A stretch of DNA of 64,000 nucleotides from a virus (Duplodnaviria > Caudoviricetes). The stretch lies in IMG/VR virus record IMGVR_UViG_3300028833_000111, positions 1-64,000 of that record; one strand, written 5' to 3'. This document shows positions 45,193 through 56,353 of this stretch, piece by piece. The position numbers and the translations under genes are program-made. How positions within the stretch are numbered: position 1 is the stretch's first letter; each line of letters starts with the position of its first letter. Under the pieces are notes generated by a model, which saw only the letters and a program-made list of their open reading frames with translations, had not been told where the DNA came from and ran no database searches.

Positions 45193-48082
45193 AATTTCTT
45201 ATGATGATTTAATATCTAAACTTCCAGGTATTATACCTTCAATAGTTAACTATTGGAGTTTACCACAATTATATAATTGTGGAAATTATAATGAAGGGGA
45301 AAAGTATTATAATCATTCATCTGCCGTAAAAAGAGCTTATGAGTTCAATGTTAATGAATCAGAACTAGAATATGGTACTTATTTCGTTGAATTTGATAAG
45401 AAAAACTTAATAGATTTGCCTACAGCTAATTATGGACTAATACCTTCTGATGTTATAATACCAAAAGAAATTGCTGAAAAAATAACAGCAGAAACAGATT
45501 TTTATGTTAACATACCTGATAAAAATGGTGGCTTTTATGATTTGTCTTGGCCAAAAAAGAAGTCAGACCCGCATTATGAAGGTAGAAAAATAATAAGTGG
45601 AGGTACAGAAATAAAAATACTTACATATTATACTCTTAATAAATGGTATGCTTTTTTTAAAGAGTATTACGATAAAATAAAAAGAAAGGATTTCCCTGTA
45701 ACGTATGATTCTGCTGTTGAATTTTATGAAAAGGAATATAAAGTAAAAAATGCTGATTTAAGAAAAAAATATGAAGAATTAGATGCCATTTGTGAATCAA
45801 GAGGTGGAAAAGAAATGTATGATTGGATTTCAAATAATTGTATTGTTCAATATATTATACCAGAAAACCTTGTAGATGAATGGCACACAACTTATTTGTA
45901 TTTTCCTGATGCGTTAAAATGGTATGAGTGGTTTAAAGAAAGATATGAAAAATATGATAAGGTTTTATATTTAGAAGACTGTAAAGATACAGAAACTTGT
46001 GATGATTGTCTTGAATATTTAAGGCTTGGAGGCGCAGATTTTTTTGCTGGAGAAGACAGAAAAGGAGGATTAAAGGCTTTTATTGAAAATATAACTTTAA
46101 ACCAATCGTATGCTACAAAATCAGCCTCAATAACAATACCAATAACAATAACAAGTTCTATTGATGATTTGGGCGAAATGGCCATTTTATCAAGTGAATG
46201 GAATGAAGAAACTAATTATCATAATACTTTATCAGAAAAAGGATATAGCACTAATGGGCTAAAAGGTGGTACTATGGTTCATAGCGCTTATGAGTTAGAT
46301 GAAAATGGAGATAAGGTTTTATTACCAGATACATATATGATAACAAACGGCTCTAATAAAGGTTATACATATAACGAATTTTACGAAAACGTTTGGACTG
46401 AGAGCAATTGGACACCATACACAGAGTATTATAGGGATGACCTTCATAAAGAAGAATTTTATTCTACTGCATACAAAGATGGAAATACTAAAGTTGAAAT
46501 AACAGGATATACAATTTCCCCAATTAACGGAAAAATGATATATAATCCAATAGATGATGATGTTAAAGAAGAAATAGAAATAAACATAATAGAATCAACT
46601 TGTATTGATGGTATAACTTATAACGTAATTAAAGGAAAATATGTTGAATTATGTTATGACACTGAAAGGTTTGCAAATTTAAAATATAAAAAGCATAAAA
46701 AATTACAAATATTTAAAGATGGTGATTTGGAATATGCTGTTTTAAATGGCAAAAGAAAATATATTGAATTAAATTCTGAAGGTGAAGAAAGAATTTACTT
46801 TTTAAGAGAATCTAATTGTTACGATGAAGGGTGTGTTGTTAAAAACGGAGAATATATTATTTTTGATGAATGCCTTTATTTGGTAGAAAATAAAAAGGTA
46901 ACAATACAAGAAGATGAAGCCAAAAGAATATATTCTATTGTAGATGGGTACTTTAACATAAATGACAATAGATTTTACATATCAGGAAACACTGTTGTTT
47001 TACCTAAAGAATATTCTTATAATGAAGATAGTAATTCATATATTTTTGATTTTAGGGAATTAACTAAAATGGAAATGACTGTTATGAACTTTAAAAAATT
47101 AGTAATAAAAGATGATATACTTACAATATATTATATATATGAAGTTACTGATTGTACAAAAATAAGTGGAAGAACTGACTCTAAAGCAGATTTATTGAGA
47201 AGAAAAGAAATAACAACAGATGATTTGGGAAATGAATTACCTGGTTATTTTAGAAGCATTGTAAGCATAGATGGAGGAAAAGACCAATCAAGATACAACG
47301 TGCCATATGATGAATGCACATTAGATATATTGTATAAAGTTGGAGAAGTATCTGATTTATATCCTAATGAAAATTTATCAACAAATGGAAGCAAATTTTA
47401 TGATGGAAATATTTTAACAAATATTGTTTTTTATTATAAAGACATTTATGGAAAAACTGTTATATCAGTAAACGCTGATAATGATAACGCTTTAGATGCT
47501 ATAAAAAGATGTGAACAATTATATGAAACAAAAAGTAAAACTGATGATACCATAGTTAATGTGCTACTTTGCGATATAACATATTATTTAGGCGCAGTTA
47601 TACAAAAAATAAACGATAACTATAGATTGGCATCAAATTATCATAAAGGCGTTAAATATGTTGATACTGTATATGTTTCAAAATCAGTAGGAACTTATTA
47701 TTTAAACGAAGATAGAAGTTTTACTTTCAATTATTACTTACTAACGCAAGATGTACAAAAATTGCAGATAAGTGATTTTAATGCTGCTGTAGATTGGGAC
47801 ATTTCAACATATTTTGAAATGGTTCCTAGATTATATTATAAAAAAGGGGTTAGTAATGATAACTATGCAGGATGGTATGACAATAATAATATAATCGTAG
47901 CTCCATTATTTAGAAATGAATATAATTTGGCTTCTTCTTATCCTCAAAATGTAGATGCTAATATTTATATAGATAGAGGTATAAGCGCAGCGTTTGAAAA
48001 GCATTTAAAATTGCAAGAGGTTAGAACTATGGAAAGCCTCATGAACCTTCAAAATGGAGGCTTTAAAATAAATGAGTATTAA
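45173..48082 (+). CDS. Large structural protein
   Basis: 969 aa; C-terminal IYIDRG..AAFEKHLKL.EV. Confidence 0.55.
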   Translation: MKIISTKISYDDLISKLPGIIPSIVNYWSLPQLYNCGNYNEGEKYYNHSSAVKRAYEFNVNESELEYGTYFVEFDKKNLIDLPTANYGLIPSDVIIPKEIAEKITAETDFYVNIPDKNGGFYDLSWPKKKSDPHYEGRKIISGGTEIKILTYYTLNKWYAFFKEYYDKIKRKDFPVTYDSAVEFYEKEYKVKNADLRKKYEELDAICESRGGKEMYDWISNNCIVQYIIPENLVDEWHTTYLYFPDALKWYEWFKERYEKYDKVLYLEDCKDTETCDDCLEYLRLGGADFFAGEDRKGGLKAFIENITLNQSYATKSASITIPITITSSIDDLGEMAILSSEWNEETNYHNTLSEKGYSTNGLKGGTMVHSAYELDENGDKVLLPDTYMITNGSNKGYTYNEFYENVWTESNWTPYTEYYRDDLHKEEFYSTAYKDGNTKVEITGYTISPINGKMIYNPIDDDVKEEIEINIIESTCIDGITYNVIKGKYVELCYDTERFANLKYKKHKKLQIFKDGDLEYAVLNGKRKYIELNSEGEERIYFLRESNCYDEGCVVKNGEYIIFDECLYLVENKKVTIQEDEAKRIYSIVDGYFNINDNRFYISGNTVVLPKEYSYNEDSNSYIFDFRELTKMEMTVMNFKKLVIKDDILTIYYIYEVTDCTKISGRTDSKADLLRRKEITTDDLGNELPGYFRSIVSIDGGKDQSRYNVPYDECTLDILYKVGEVSDLYPNENLSTNGSKFYDGNILTNIVFYYKDIYGKTVISVNADNDNALDAIKRCEQLYETKSKTDDTIVNVLLCDITYYLGAVIQKINDNYRLASNYHKGVKYVDTVYVSKSVGTYYLNEDRSFTFNYYLLTQDVQKLQISDFNAAVDWDISTYFEMVPRLYYKKGVSNDNYAGWYDNNNIIVAPLFRNEYNLASSYPQNVDANIYIDRGISAAFEKHLKLQEVRTMESLMNLQNGGFKINEY

Positions 48083-48096
48083 AAGTTTTAAAATTA

Positions 48097-49002
48097 ATGA
48101 ATGGTGTATATGGAACAACTGTTCCGGCAAGAATAACTAGTAATGATGTAGATATATTCTATGCTTATCATGAAACAAGGAATAGTGATAGTGTTGAAAA
48201 TGCTGTTTTTACAAAATTACCATCATCAATATTAAGTGATGTAATTTATGACGGAGAAAGCGGCTCAACTGATAATATTCTTGAAGGACTTTATAATTTA
48301 AAATTGCCTTTGCAATATTTTAATAGAAAAGGGTTTTATACTGTATATATAAAGCCAAAAGAAATACCTGCTGTTATTGCTGATGTTAGTACTTTAACAT
48401 CATTCCCAAGCGTTAGAGGCATTATTTTGGACAGCACAGCCGGTGGAATAGATAGCGCATTAACAAATAAGATTACGACAAATAATTCTTTGGTAGGATA
48501 TAGAATTATATATTTAAGCGATAATGGAGACAGAGAAGACTATTTTAGATTGGTGACAAGTAATAATAAGTGTGAGCCTATTATACAGACTTCTAACGAT
48601 TCAAGCAATAAATCATATACATATAGGTATAATGAAAGCTCAACATTATCATTTTTAACGTTAACACCTTCATCTGCTCCTAGTTATAAAGCAAATGCTG
48701 CTCCATTTATAGGAAAGCCAACACAAAGGATTTTGTTGGTAAATACAATGTTTGAGCCTGTAATGTTAGATATTGAAATGACAGAGCATGATTTGAATAC
48801 TATGGCTTACATGCTAGAAGGTTCACAAGTTAGAGACCTTGATAATGGTTTGGTTACTACATTTGATGAAAATAATCAGATTTATCATCAGACAGAACAT
48901 TATACCCTTAAAGATAGTGCAACAGGAAAACCTGTATTTGAAGTTAAAAAGAATAAAGTTGATGGTATAGACTTTACCCAGACAATTGAAGACAAGCTAT
49001 AA
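48097..49002 (+). CDS. Structural protein (baseplate operon)
   Basis: 301 aa, beta-rich. Confidence 0.55.
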   Translation: MNGVYGTTVPARITSNDVDIFYAYHETRNSDSVENAVFTKLPSSILSDVIYDGESGSTDNILEGLYNLKLPLQYFNRKGFYTVYIKPKEIPAVIADVSTLTSFPSVRGIILDSTAGGIDSALTNKITTNNSLVGYRIIYLSDNGDREDYFRLVTSNNKCEPIIQTSNDSSNKSYTYRYNESSTLSFLTLTPSSAPSYKANAAPFIGKPTQRILLVNTMFEPVMLDIEMTEHDLNTMAYMLEGSQVRDLDNGLVTTFDENNQIYHQTEHYTLKDSATGKPVFEVKKNKVDGIDFTQTIEDKL

Positions 49003-49004
49003 AA

Positions 49005-52000
49005 ATGGCAAAATACATAAAATCTCATAGTAATTACGTTATAAGAACGAAACATCAAGCTACAAATGATGGTACTATCTTTGAAAGAGATATTACCACC
49101 ATTGGTGGCCGTGACCAATTCGCACGTGGTCAAGTTCCTATATATAAAACTGGTAACTTTGTTATTACCATAAATAATGATAGGAGCGACTACAATAAAA
49201 AGTCAGAAATGGATTGGCAAAGAAATGATGAAGGAGAAATATGGACTCTTAATAATTTAAGAAATTTTGAAAAAGATGAAAAAACATCTGACGATAGAAA
49301 AATTGTTATTAAGAAAGATTATTATGATATTCGTGATTTTGCTTATTATGGTTCTTGTGCTGAATTAATGAGAGGCTCCGTTAACAATATATTAAAAAAT
49401 TATCCCGGAGAACTTTTTATACCTTACGAAACTTTGTATATTGGAGAAGATGGAAGCGTTCAATATACTAAAGAAGCAGCTGATTTAGCGTTTGGTGAAG
49501 GAAATTATAAAATAGAAAGGAGAGGTATAAAAGGCTATTATACTTCCTTTGAAAAAAGAAAATCAAGGATAATAGAGTATGATTGCGATGGAGTCATTGA
49601 AGAGCATGAATTAAAAACAGTATCTCTTTTACTTGACGAAGATGAACTAACAGAGGAAGAGTTAGAAGAACTTGAAATGGGAATACCATATACAAGGGAA
49701 TTCAAATATCTTACTGACGAATTTGGAAATCTTTTAAAAGATGATAATGGAAATATAATAGGAATTAAAAGTCTTTCTCTTATAGATAATCCATTTGGTA
49801 TTAATATACATGATAAATTTGTTCCAGAAGGAGCAAATCCATTAAGGTATTTTGCTGAAGGGGGCATTAATAACTATGTAGGCTATTTAAAGCTAAACGA
49901 TGATGATAAAATTGATATTGATGGAGAGTGGAAGATTGATGCTGAACATGAATATACTATTACAATAGAAAGTATAGTATTAGATGGAATAGGAGAAAAA
50001 GTATTTAGAGAAGAAACATTCAATGCCGATGGTAGTCTTTGCCCAAATGATGAATGTTTAAGCAATTTAAACGTAAACTTGCTTGCTTTTGAGGAAGTTG
50101 AGAAAAAATTTGGATGTATACTTGAATGCTTAGACCCAGGTAAATATATTGGAAGAATAGAATTATGCTTTAGAAAAAATCATTATACATTTAAAACTAC
50201 CCCTGGTTTACAAAGGGATGAAAATGGAGAGCCTATCATAGATTGCTGTGATGGGTCTTTGGAGTTTGATAGTGGTGATGGATTAGATGCAGATACTGAA
50301 ATAGAAGGTAAATATAAAGGAGAAGATACTCAAGTAGATTCTTTCATTGTTGATGACTGTGAATATAGATTAACAATCTATATGTTTATGGGTAATAACA
50401 ACGAAATAAAATATCTAGTTGAAGATGTTGACCAAGCAGGAAACATAGATTTTAATTTTGGTGACGAAGATAGCCCTTGCGTTACTGATGAGGCATCAGC
50501 AATTACTGATTTTGGCGGAAGTTTTTATTGGAAAAACTTTGTTTCAAGAATAAGACCAACAGAAGAAATAATTGATGATTATTTTGATAATCTAGATTTA
50601 TTTGAAAAAACATTGTTAAATAGATATAGTGACCCACTATATACTGCGACATTTGAATTACTGTCAGACAATGATTTTGGAAATTATACATATATAAGAC
50701 AATTCACATTCCCAACTACATATGGAGGATGGAACTTGGGTTCTGCAACAAAAGCATTCACAACATATATAAACTCTTTATCAGAAGTTGGAGAATATTA
50801 TGATTCTAAATACACTGATAACTTATGGCGTTCAATGACGCATGAGTCTATTAAAAACTTTGACTGGACATATACAAGGCATTATACTCCTGGAGAAGAA
50901 GAACCTTATACTGAAGCCGGAACTAAAATTCAAAAAATAATAAGATTATACGGTAGAGAATTCGATGAGGTTAAATCCTTCATAGAGGCTATTGATGACT
51001 TTAACACAATAACTTATGACGATGTAAATAATTTACCTGACTATTTCTTCTCTGATAAACTTGAAGAACAAGGATGGGACGTTAAATTTATACATACTTT
51101 ACATTTATCTGAATATATAAATGGTCATATGTCTGTGCCTGTTGATATACATAGACTATTTAAAGAAAAATATGATGAGGATGGAAATAGGATATGCACA
51201 GAGGACGCAGAGAAAATGAATTATTTCTATGACCATCCACTTAAAGGCCCTGATACGCATGACATAAATGAAACGTTTAATGTAAATGTTGATGATTTAT
51301 GCGCAACATCTGATTGTTATACAGACTTTGATATAGGGCTACAGGCTTTGCAAACCGATGAAGATATTACTGAATATTTTGAAAGACATAAAATAACTAT
51401 ACAAAGAGTATTCAATACTGAGAAGATAACAGTAGTACCATACAGTTGCTCAAATATTACAACCATTAAGGAAACTAAATATAGTAAAAAATATTTTGAT
51501 AACAATAAATCAATAGTTGATTTTGAATTTGACAAAGAAGAATTAGACCCATGTCTTCTTGATGGCGATTTTGACATGCAATCAATAGTTAAAACAGGTG
51601 AAAATGTTAGAAATGGATACCATAATGATTGCGGCGAAATTATAAGAATTTATTGTGACGAAGAAAAATATACTTCTGATGATGTTAATAATGAATTCAT
51701 GAAAAGACTTTACTTAAATAGCCCTGAAATATGGAGGCATAAGGGAACTATTGAAGGTATGGAAATGCTTTTATCAATGTTTGGACTTAGAAGCAAAAAT
51801 AGAGTATTAACAGATGAAAAGTATTTTGTAAATCAAAAAGACCTTGAAAATGTAGATACTAATATTATATTTGACGTTGATAAAACTGAATTAAATTCTT
51901 GTTCATTATCAAACATAATAAATTTAACAGCAGAAAAAGGAAGTTGCTTAGCTACAACTGATTTGGGTAAAACATATTATAAAAATTATGAAGATAAACT

Positions 52001-53777
52001 TTATAGACTTTATGATTATGATATAAGGGAATACACATTATTCACAACAAGAGAAGATGATGAATGGCTTCCTGAGAAAAATATGTATAAATATGACTGG
52101 ATTAATTCGACAAAACTTGTTACATATGATACTCCATCATACAAAAACGGAGAATATATAGCATATCAAGGTTTGCCTGTTTCATATAGAAACGAAACTG
52201 ACTTTAACGGAAACGAATTAAGACATCTATACCCTCACTTTAACACAAATGGTATTTATGATGGAAATCCATATTATCAGATGGATGGTGGATGGCTGCA
52301 AAAGAAACCGTTTGTATTTGATGTATATAATAATATAATACCTGAAGATTATGAATCAGATAATAGGAAGAATAAAGCGTTATTCACAGAGACAGTTAAA
52401 AACATTAAAACAGTTAAAACGCTTGGTGAGCTGTTGTCTAATCCTTCAATAGCAACGCATAGCGGAGATATTTGTCAAGTGACTGATTTGACAGGTAGAT
52501 ATGCTGTAATAGATGGATATTTGTACCCTCTTTATACAGAGTTTAATGAAAACGAAGCAGAAAGAGGATACAGCTTCTTCTATGTTCCTGTATCTAATCA
52601 TTCAATGTCTGTAGGTAATGAATTATTTACTGATTATGTTGTTGTAAGTAATCCATATTCAGCAGGATATAAAGAAAGAATAGATTTACTAGATGAATAT
52701 TATGAAAATAGAGAAGTAAAAATTTATATCCTACAAAAAGAAGTGGAAGATGAAAACACTAAAGAAAAGAAAAAAGTATACGATATAGATGTATATTCAA
52801 AAGATAACTCTATAAGCACATTTACTATTTTTGAAAATGGTAAATATATGGAAGGCGATAATTATACAAATTATTTCAGACTTAATAATGTTGATTTCTA
52901 TAATGAATTAAGCGTTCTCGGATGGCAACAACTGAAAGATGATGAGTATGAATATTATAGGATTAATACAATAACTGACTATAGAAAAGGTAATAATCCT
53001 CATACTGGTCATATGATGTATGACAACGGTCACAAATATTTGACATACTTCCAAAAGATTTTCAAAACAGTAATAGATGAAGATTTGATAGACTATAGAT
53101 TATATGATGAATATGATGATAAGTATACTTATGAAATAGAAGATTTAGGTTTCACTAACCTTATAGATAGAGATGTTTGCGAACCAGATTATGACAAATT
53201 CTTAAGAGAGGATAGCAAATGCCACTTCTTTGGTAAACTCATTTCAAAAATAGATGAAACATGTAATGATTCAAGAAAGAATATGTCTTGCTTTGAAAAG
53301 AGAGAAAAGGCAAATGCTTCTCAATTTGATAACATTAGCAATGAATGTGTTGTAAGAGACGATTCATATAAATTGACTGACATATTTAGAAAGTCTAAAA
53401 TAGATGATTCTACAGGTAAACTTTTGATTAAAAATCTTAAATATGGAAGCGTTTATGACAGCTTTGGAGAATATGCAGAACATTACAATAGTAAAACTGA
53501 TACTTGGGAAAATGGGTATGATGAAAGTAAGATTGATAACGTAACAGACCAAATTGTAAACACAAAGAGAATTGAAATTGAATTCTTTATAAAGAATAGA
53601 CACGAATATTCTAAAGAGTGGTTAGAAGAAATTAAGTACATAGATTCTGTTATATTACCTTACTTGGAACAAATGATACCTTCTACCGTTATATGGAGAG
53701 TTAAGTATACAACAAGGGATAAGGAAGATTGGTGCGAACCTGACGTTAAGCCTTGCCCAACTGATAATAAAAAATAA
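49005..53777 (+). CDS. Baseplate wedge gp7 / tail protein I-like large protein
   Basis: RLYGREFDE.K.FI, IWRHKGTIEGMEMLLSMFG (KGT motif) and C-terminal LEQMIPST. Confidence 0.6.
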   Translation: MAKYIKSHSNYVIRTKHQATNDGTIFERDITTIGGRDQFARGQVPIYKTGNFVITINNDRSDYNKKSEMDWQRNDEGEIWTLNNLRNFEKDEKTSDDRKIVIKKDYYDIRDFAYYGSCAELMRGSVNNILKNYPGELFIPYETLYIGEDGSVQYTKEAADLAFGEGNYKIERRGIKGYYTSFEKRKSRIIEYDCDGVIEEHELKTVSLLLDEDELTEEELEELEMGIPYTREFKYLTDEFGNLLKDDNGNIIGIKSLSLIDNPFGINIHDKFVPEGANPLRYFAEGGINNYVGYLKLNDDDKIDIDGEWKIDAEHEYTITIESIVLDGIGEKVFREETFNADGSLCPNDECLSNLNVNLLAFEEVEKKFGCILECLDPGKYIGRIELCFRKNHYTFKTTPGLQRDENGEPIIDCCDGSLEFDSGDGLDADTEIEGKYKGEDTQVDSFIVDDCEYRLTIYMFMGNNNEIKYLVEDVDQAGNIDFNFGDEDSPCVTDEASAITDFGGSFYWKNFVSRIRPTEEIIDDYFDNLDLFEKTLLNRYSDPLYTATFELLSDNDFGNYTYIRQFTFPTTYGGWNLGSATKAFTTYINSLSEVGEYYDSKYTDNLWRSMTHESIKNFDWTYTRHYTPGEEEPYTEAGTKIQKIIRLYGREFDEVKSFIEAIDDFNTITYDDVNNLPDYFFSDKLEEQGWDVKFIHTLHLSEYINGHMSVPVDIHRLFKEKYDEDGNRICTEDAEKMNYFYDHPLKGPDTHDINETFNVNVDDLCATSDCYTDFDIGLQALQTDEDITEYFERHKITIQRVFNTEKITVVPYSCSNITTIKETKYSKKYFDNNKSIVDFEFDKEELDPCLLDGDFDMQSIVKTGENVRNGYHNDCGEIIRIYCDEEKYTSDDVNNEFMKRLYLNSPEIWRHKGTIEGMEMLLSMFGLRSKNRVLTDEKYFVNQKDLENVDTNIIFDVDKTELNSCSLSNIINLTAEKGSCLATTDLGKTYYKNYEDKLYRLYDYDIREYTLFTTREDDEWLPEKNMYKYDWINSTKLVTYDTPSYKNGEYIAYQGLPVSYRNETDFNGNELRHLYPHFNTNGIYDGNPYYQMDGGWLQKKPFVFDVYNNIIPEDYESDNRKNKALFTETVKNIKTVKTLGELLSNPSIATHSGDICQVTDLTGRYAVIDGYLYPLYTEFNENEAERGYSFFYVPVSNHSMSVGNELFTDYVVVSNPYSAGYKERIDLLDEYYENREVKIYILQKEVEDENTKEKKKVYDIDVYSKDNSISTFTIFENGKYMEGDNYTNYFRLNNVDFYNELSVLGWQQLKDDEYEYYRINTITDYRKGNNPHTGHMMYDNGHKYLTYFQKIFKTVIDEDLIDYRLYDEYDDKYTYEIEDLGFTNLIDRDVCEPDYDKFLREDSKCHFFGKLISKIDETCNDSRKNMSCFEKREKANASQFDNISNECVVRDDSYKLTDIFRKSKIDDSTGKLLIKNLKYGSVYDSFGEYAEHYNSKTDTWENGYDESKIDNVTDQIVNTKRIEIEFFIKNRHEYSKEWLEEIKYIDSVILPYLEQMIPSTVIWRVKYTTRDKEDWCEPDVKPCPTDNKK

Positions 53778-53786
53778 TTTAAACTG

Positions 53787-54737
53787 ATGAAAAAAGGTAA
53801 AGGTTGGAGAGCTATAATATATGATGCTCCTTGGGCTTTTTTTAAAAAAAATCAACCGGGTGTAATTGTCTCGGAGGATGGTAAATCCTGCGAGACGGTT
53901 GATGATGATAAATCAAGCATAATTATTATTGCATATAAAAATACAGAACAAGTTAAAAGAACAAGGGGACACGTATTTTTTAGGCAAAAAGGAACTGAAT
54001 TATTTGATATTGTTTGTCTAGACCAAAATGCTTCAGTTGTTATTCATCAGTTGGAATTGAGAGTAGATGACGTTACAATTGATGGATGCAGTACTCAAAA
54101 ATATTTAGATTTGAAAGAAGCAATTAAAAATAGAGTCTACTGGGTTGAAGATAGCGTAAGAACACCTTGTACTGATTTCGTTCTTAAAACGCCAACCCAA
54201 ACAACAATATTAGATGAGGGAGAAACTTATCCTATAAAAGTCACTGCTAAAATATACGATAAAGAATATGACGCATCGGCAAACGTTTATGTAACTAATG
54301 CTGATGAAGAATCTGAACCAGTACGTGTTGAAACTATATTCTCAATTGATTGTATTAAGAATTACATTACTAAGAAAACTGGAGGCTCAGTAACTTGTTC
54401 TATTTATCCTAACAACAAAGAAGTTGAATGCAAGGGAAATGTTACATTTAAACTAAATAAAAATGATACTACGTATGTTACATATGAAATAGGATTGGCA
54501 TGTGCTGGAGTAATAAATAAATTCCAAACAACTAAATGTAATGCTATAGAAAGAGAATTTTCTGAGCAAGGAAATTTATTATGGACAGTTGATACCGATA
54601 ATGGAAATGTTAACGTAATAAATCAAGGCCCTCCTTTACAGATTTCAGTTAAAAACGGAGTTTCAAAAGTTAAACTAATAGCCACAGAAACCACATATAA
54701 TATAAGCCAACCAATAACTATAAATTTACCTAATTAA
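53787..54737 (+). CDS. Putative tail/fibre-associated beta-rich protein
   Basis: 316 aa, Ig/BACON-like segments. Confidence 0.5.
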   Translation: MKKGKGWRAIIYDAPWAFFKKNQPGVIVSEDGKSCETVDDDKSSIIIIAYKNTEQVKRTRGHVFFRQKGTELFDIVCLDQNASVVIHQLELRVDDVTIDGCSTQKYLDLKEAIKNRVYWVEDSVRTPCTDFVLKTPTQTTILDEGETYPIKVTAKIYDKEYDASANVYVTNADEESEPVRVETIFSIDCIKNYITKKTGGSVTCSIYPNNKEVECKGNVTFKLNKNDTTYVTYEIGLACAGVINKFQTTKCNAIEREFSEQGNLLWTVDTDNGNVNVINQGPPLQISVKNGVSKVKLIATETTYNISQPITINLPN

Positions 54738-54742
54738 AGATT

Positions 54743-55246
54743 ATGTATACATTTAGTGCTACTCTTACAAGCGATTACTCTATAAATGTAGATACAAATA
54801 CATATTGGAGTTGTAAAGTTATTGGGAATTTTATGCTTTCAAAATATGATGGAGAAGGTGGTGAAATTGTTGATATTATAATACCTGAAGATGTAACAAA
54901 TGCCAATGGGACAGTCATTTTTTCTTATGGCGATGAAAGATGCAAATATCCAGATTTGCCTGTATATTTAGCCAATCTTTGCTACATTGATACTGAACCA
55001 AAATATAGAATTTGTAATGATGAAAAAATAATATTCTTTGAATACGAAGAAAATAGAGAAGTCTTTTTTGTTTCAGTTAGATGCTATAATGGATGGAAAG
55101 TAGAATCAACAGATTTAAAATTTATAACCAATAACAATGAAATAATGATTATATCTTCAGGTAAAGACGGGGAAGTAAAAATTATACCTGATAATGATTG
55201 TGGAGGTAAAAATATTGTTAAAATAAAATTAATCAAAAAAAGGTGA
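54743..55246 (+). CDS. Putative BACON/Ig-like tail accessory protein
   Basis: INVDTNTYWS...LSKYDGEG and VRCYNGWKV motifs. Confidence 0.5.
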   Translation: MYTFSATLTSDYSINVDTNTYWSCKVIGNFMLSKYDGEGGEIVDIIIPEDVTNANGTVIFSYGDERCKYPDLPVYLANLCYIDTEPKYRICNDEKIIFFEYEENREVFFVSVRCYNGWKVESTDLKFITNNNEIMIISSGKDGEVKIIPDNDCGGKNIVKIKLIKKR

Positions 55247-55270
55247 TACATTGTAGTATCACCTTTTTTT
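55235..55270. terminator. Bidirectional intrinsic terminator
   Basis: aaaaaaaggtgatac-attgta-gtatcaccttttttt between convergent genes. Confidence 0.85.
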
Positions 55271-55274
55271 ACTT

Positions 55275-56300
55275 TTAGTTATATAGATATTCTAAATTTG
55301 TCAACTTTAAATAACAAGTTATTCCTTGAACTTGTACACTTACATCTAATTGTGCTTCTATATAAGTATTATTATATTTGTATTTAGATTGAAGATAGAT
55401 GTTTAATGTTGAATTATCATATTCAACAACCTTAGTAACAGTAAACTCAACTCTATTAGCATAATTACTTCCATCATTATTACAACCCCACCAAACATTA
55501 AGTTGTATGTTTTGTAAAATTCTTAAGCCATAAGGTTCTCCAGTTTCAGAAACTTCTATGCCACTTTTAAGTACCTTTGAAATGCTAATATCGCCGTCCA
55601 ATCTATTTTGATTATTAGCCTCTCCAAAATATACAGACGTAATATCAACTTTTTTAGACCTTTCTGCATTTGAGCAAGCATTATTAGAGCAATCTAAAGT
55701 AAGAAATACATTATCTAATTCATAGCCGGTGCAATATGGATACCAATAGTCAACTTGCCCATCCAAGTCAACAGATATGCCACCTAGTTTATTTTCGTAT
55801 AAATCAAATTTATTCAATCCTTCTAAAGTAAATTCTGCGTTAAATTCTGCGTCAATACACTTTGTTTTTTCAGTTCCATCTAATCTTATTTCTCCATTAC
55901 AATCTATACTTCCTCTAAATGGATTAAATTCATAATTCTTTTTTGATATACTAACTGTAACACTTTCAACATCATACAGTTCTATTGTTGCAACACCATC
56001 TTGTATAGTTCCTTCGGCTACAATTTTACTATCAACATACCAAGTAACTTTAGCACCTTCAACATTTGACCTAATTGTAAATTTACAAGGCACTGGTGGC
56101 TCAGGTCCAGGACCGGGTGGTGGATTATAGCATGATTTAACAGTCAAAGTTGCTTCGCTACTACAATCCGCGTCTTCATAAATTACTTTATAAGTAACAG
56201 GGTTTTCTCCTTTGTTTTCTGGATATTCAAAAGAAAATTCACTAGCTGTAGATGAACATATTACATTATTGTTGCTATCTTTTAATGACCAATTTCCCAT
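55275..56300 (-). CDS. Ig/PEGA-like multi-domain putative virion surface protein
   Basis: Pro-rich linker NPPPGPGPEPPVP then FTIRSNVEGAKVTW (PEGA-like). Confidence 0.55.
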   Translation of the reverse strand: MGNWSLKDSNNNVICSSTASEFSFEYPENKGENPVTYKVIYEDADCSSEATLTVKSCYNPPPGPGPEPPVPCKFTIRSNVEGAKVTWYVDSKIVAEGTIQDGVATIELYDVESVTVSISKKNYEFNPFRGSIDCNGEIRLDGTEKTKCIDAEFNAEFTLEGLNKFDLYENKLGGISVDLDGQVDYWYPYCTGYELDNVFLTLDCSNNACSNAERSKKVDITSVYFGEANNQNRLDGDISISKVLKSGIEVSETGEPYGLRILQNIQLNVWWGCNNDGSNYANRVEFTVTKVVEYDNSTLNIYLQSKYKYNNTYIEAQLDVSVQVQGITCYLKLTNLEYLYN

Positions 56301-56309
56301 TATTGTTTA

Positions 56310-56327
56310 TATTTATATTTATAAATA
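56310..56327. promoter_or_regulatory. Bidirectional putative late promoters (TATTTATA x2 on +, x1 on -)
   Basis: TATTTATA at 56310 and 56316; palindrome TATTTATAAATA 56316-56327 between divergent genes. Confidence 0.55.
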
Positions 56328-56353
56328 TAATAATCTAATAAAACATATTGTTT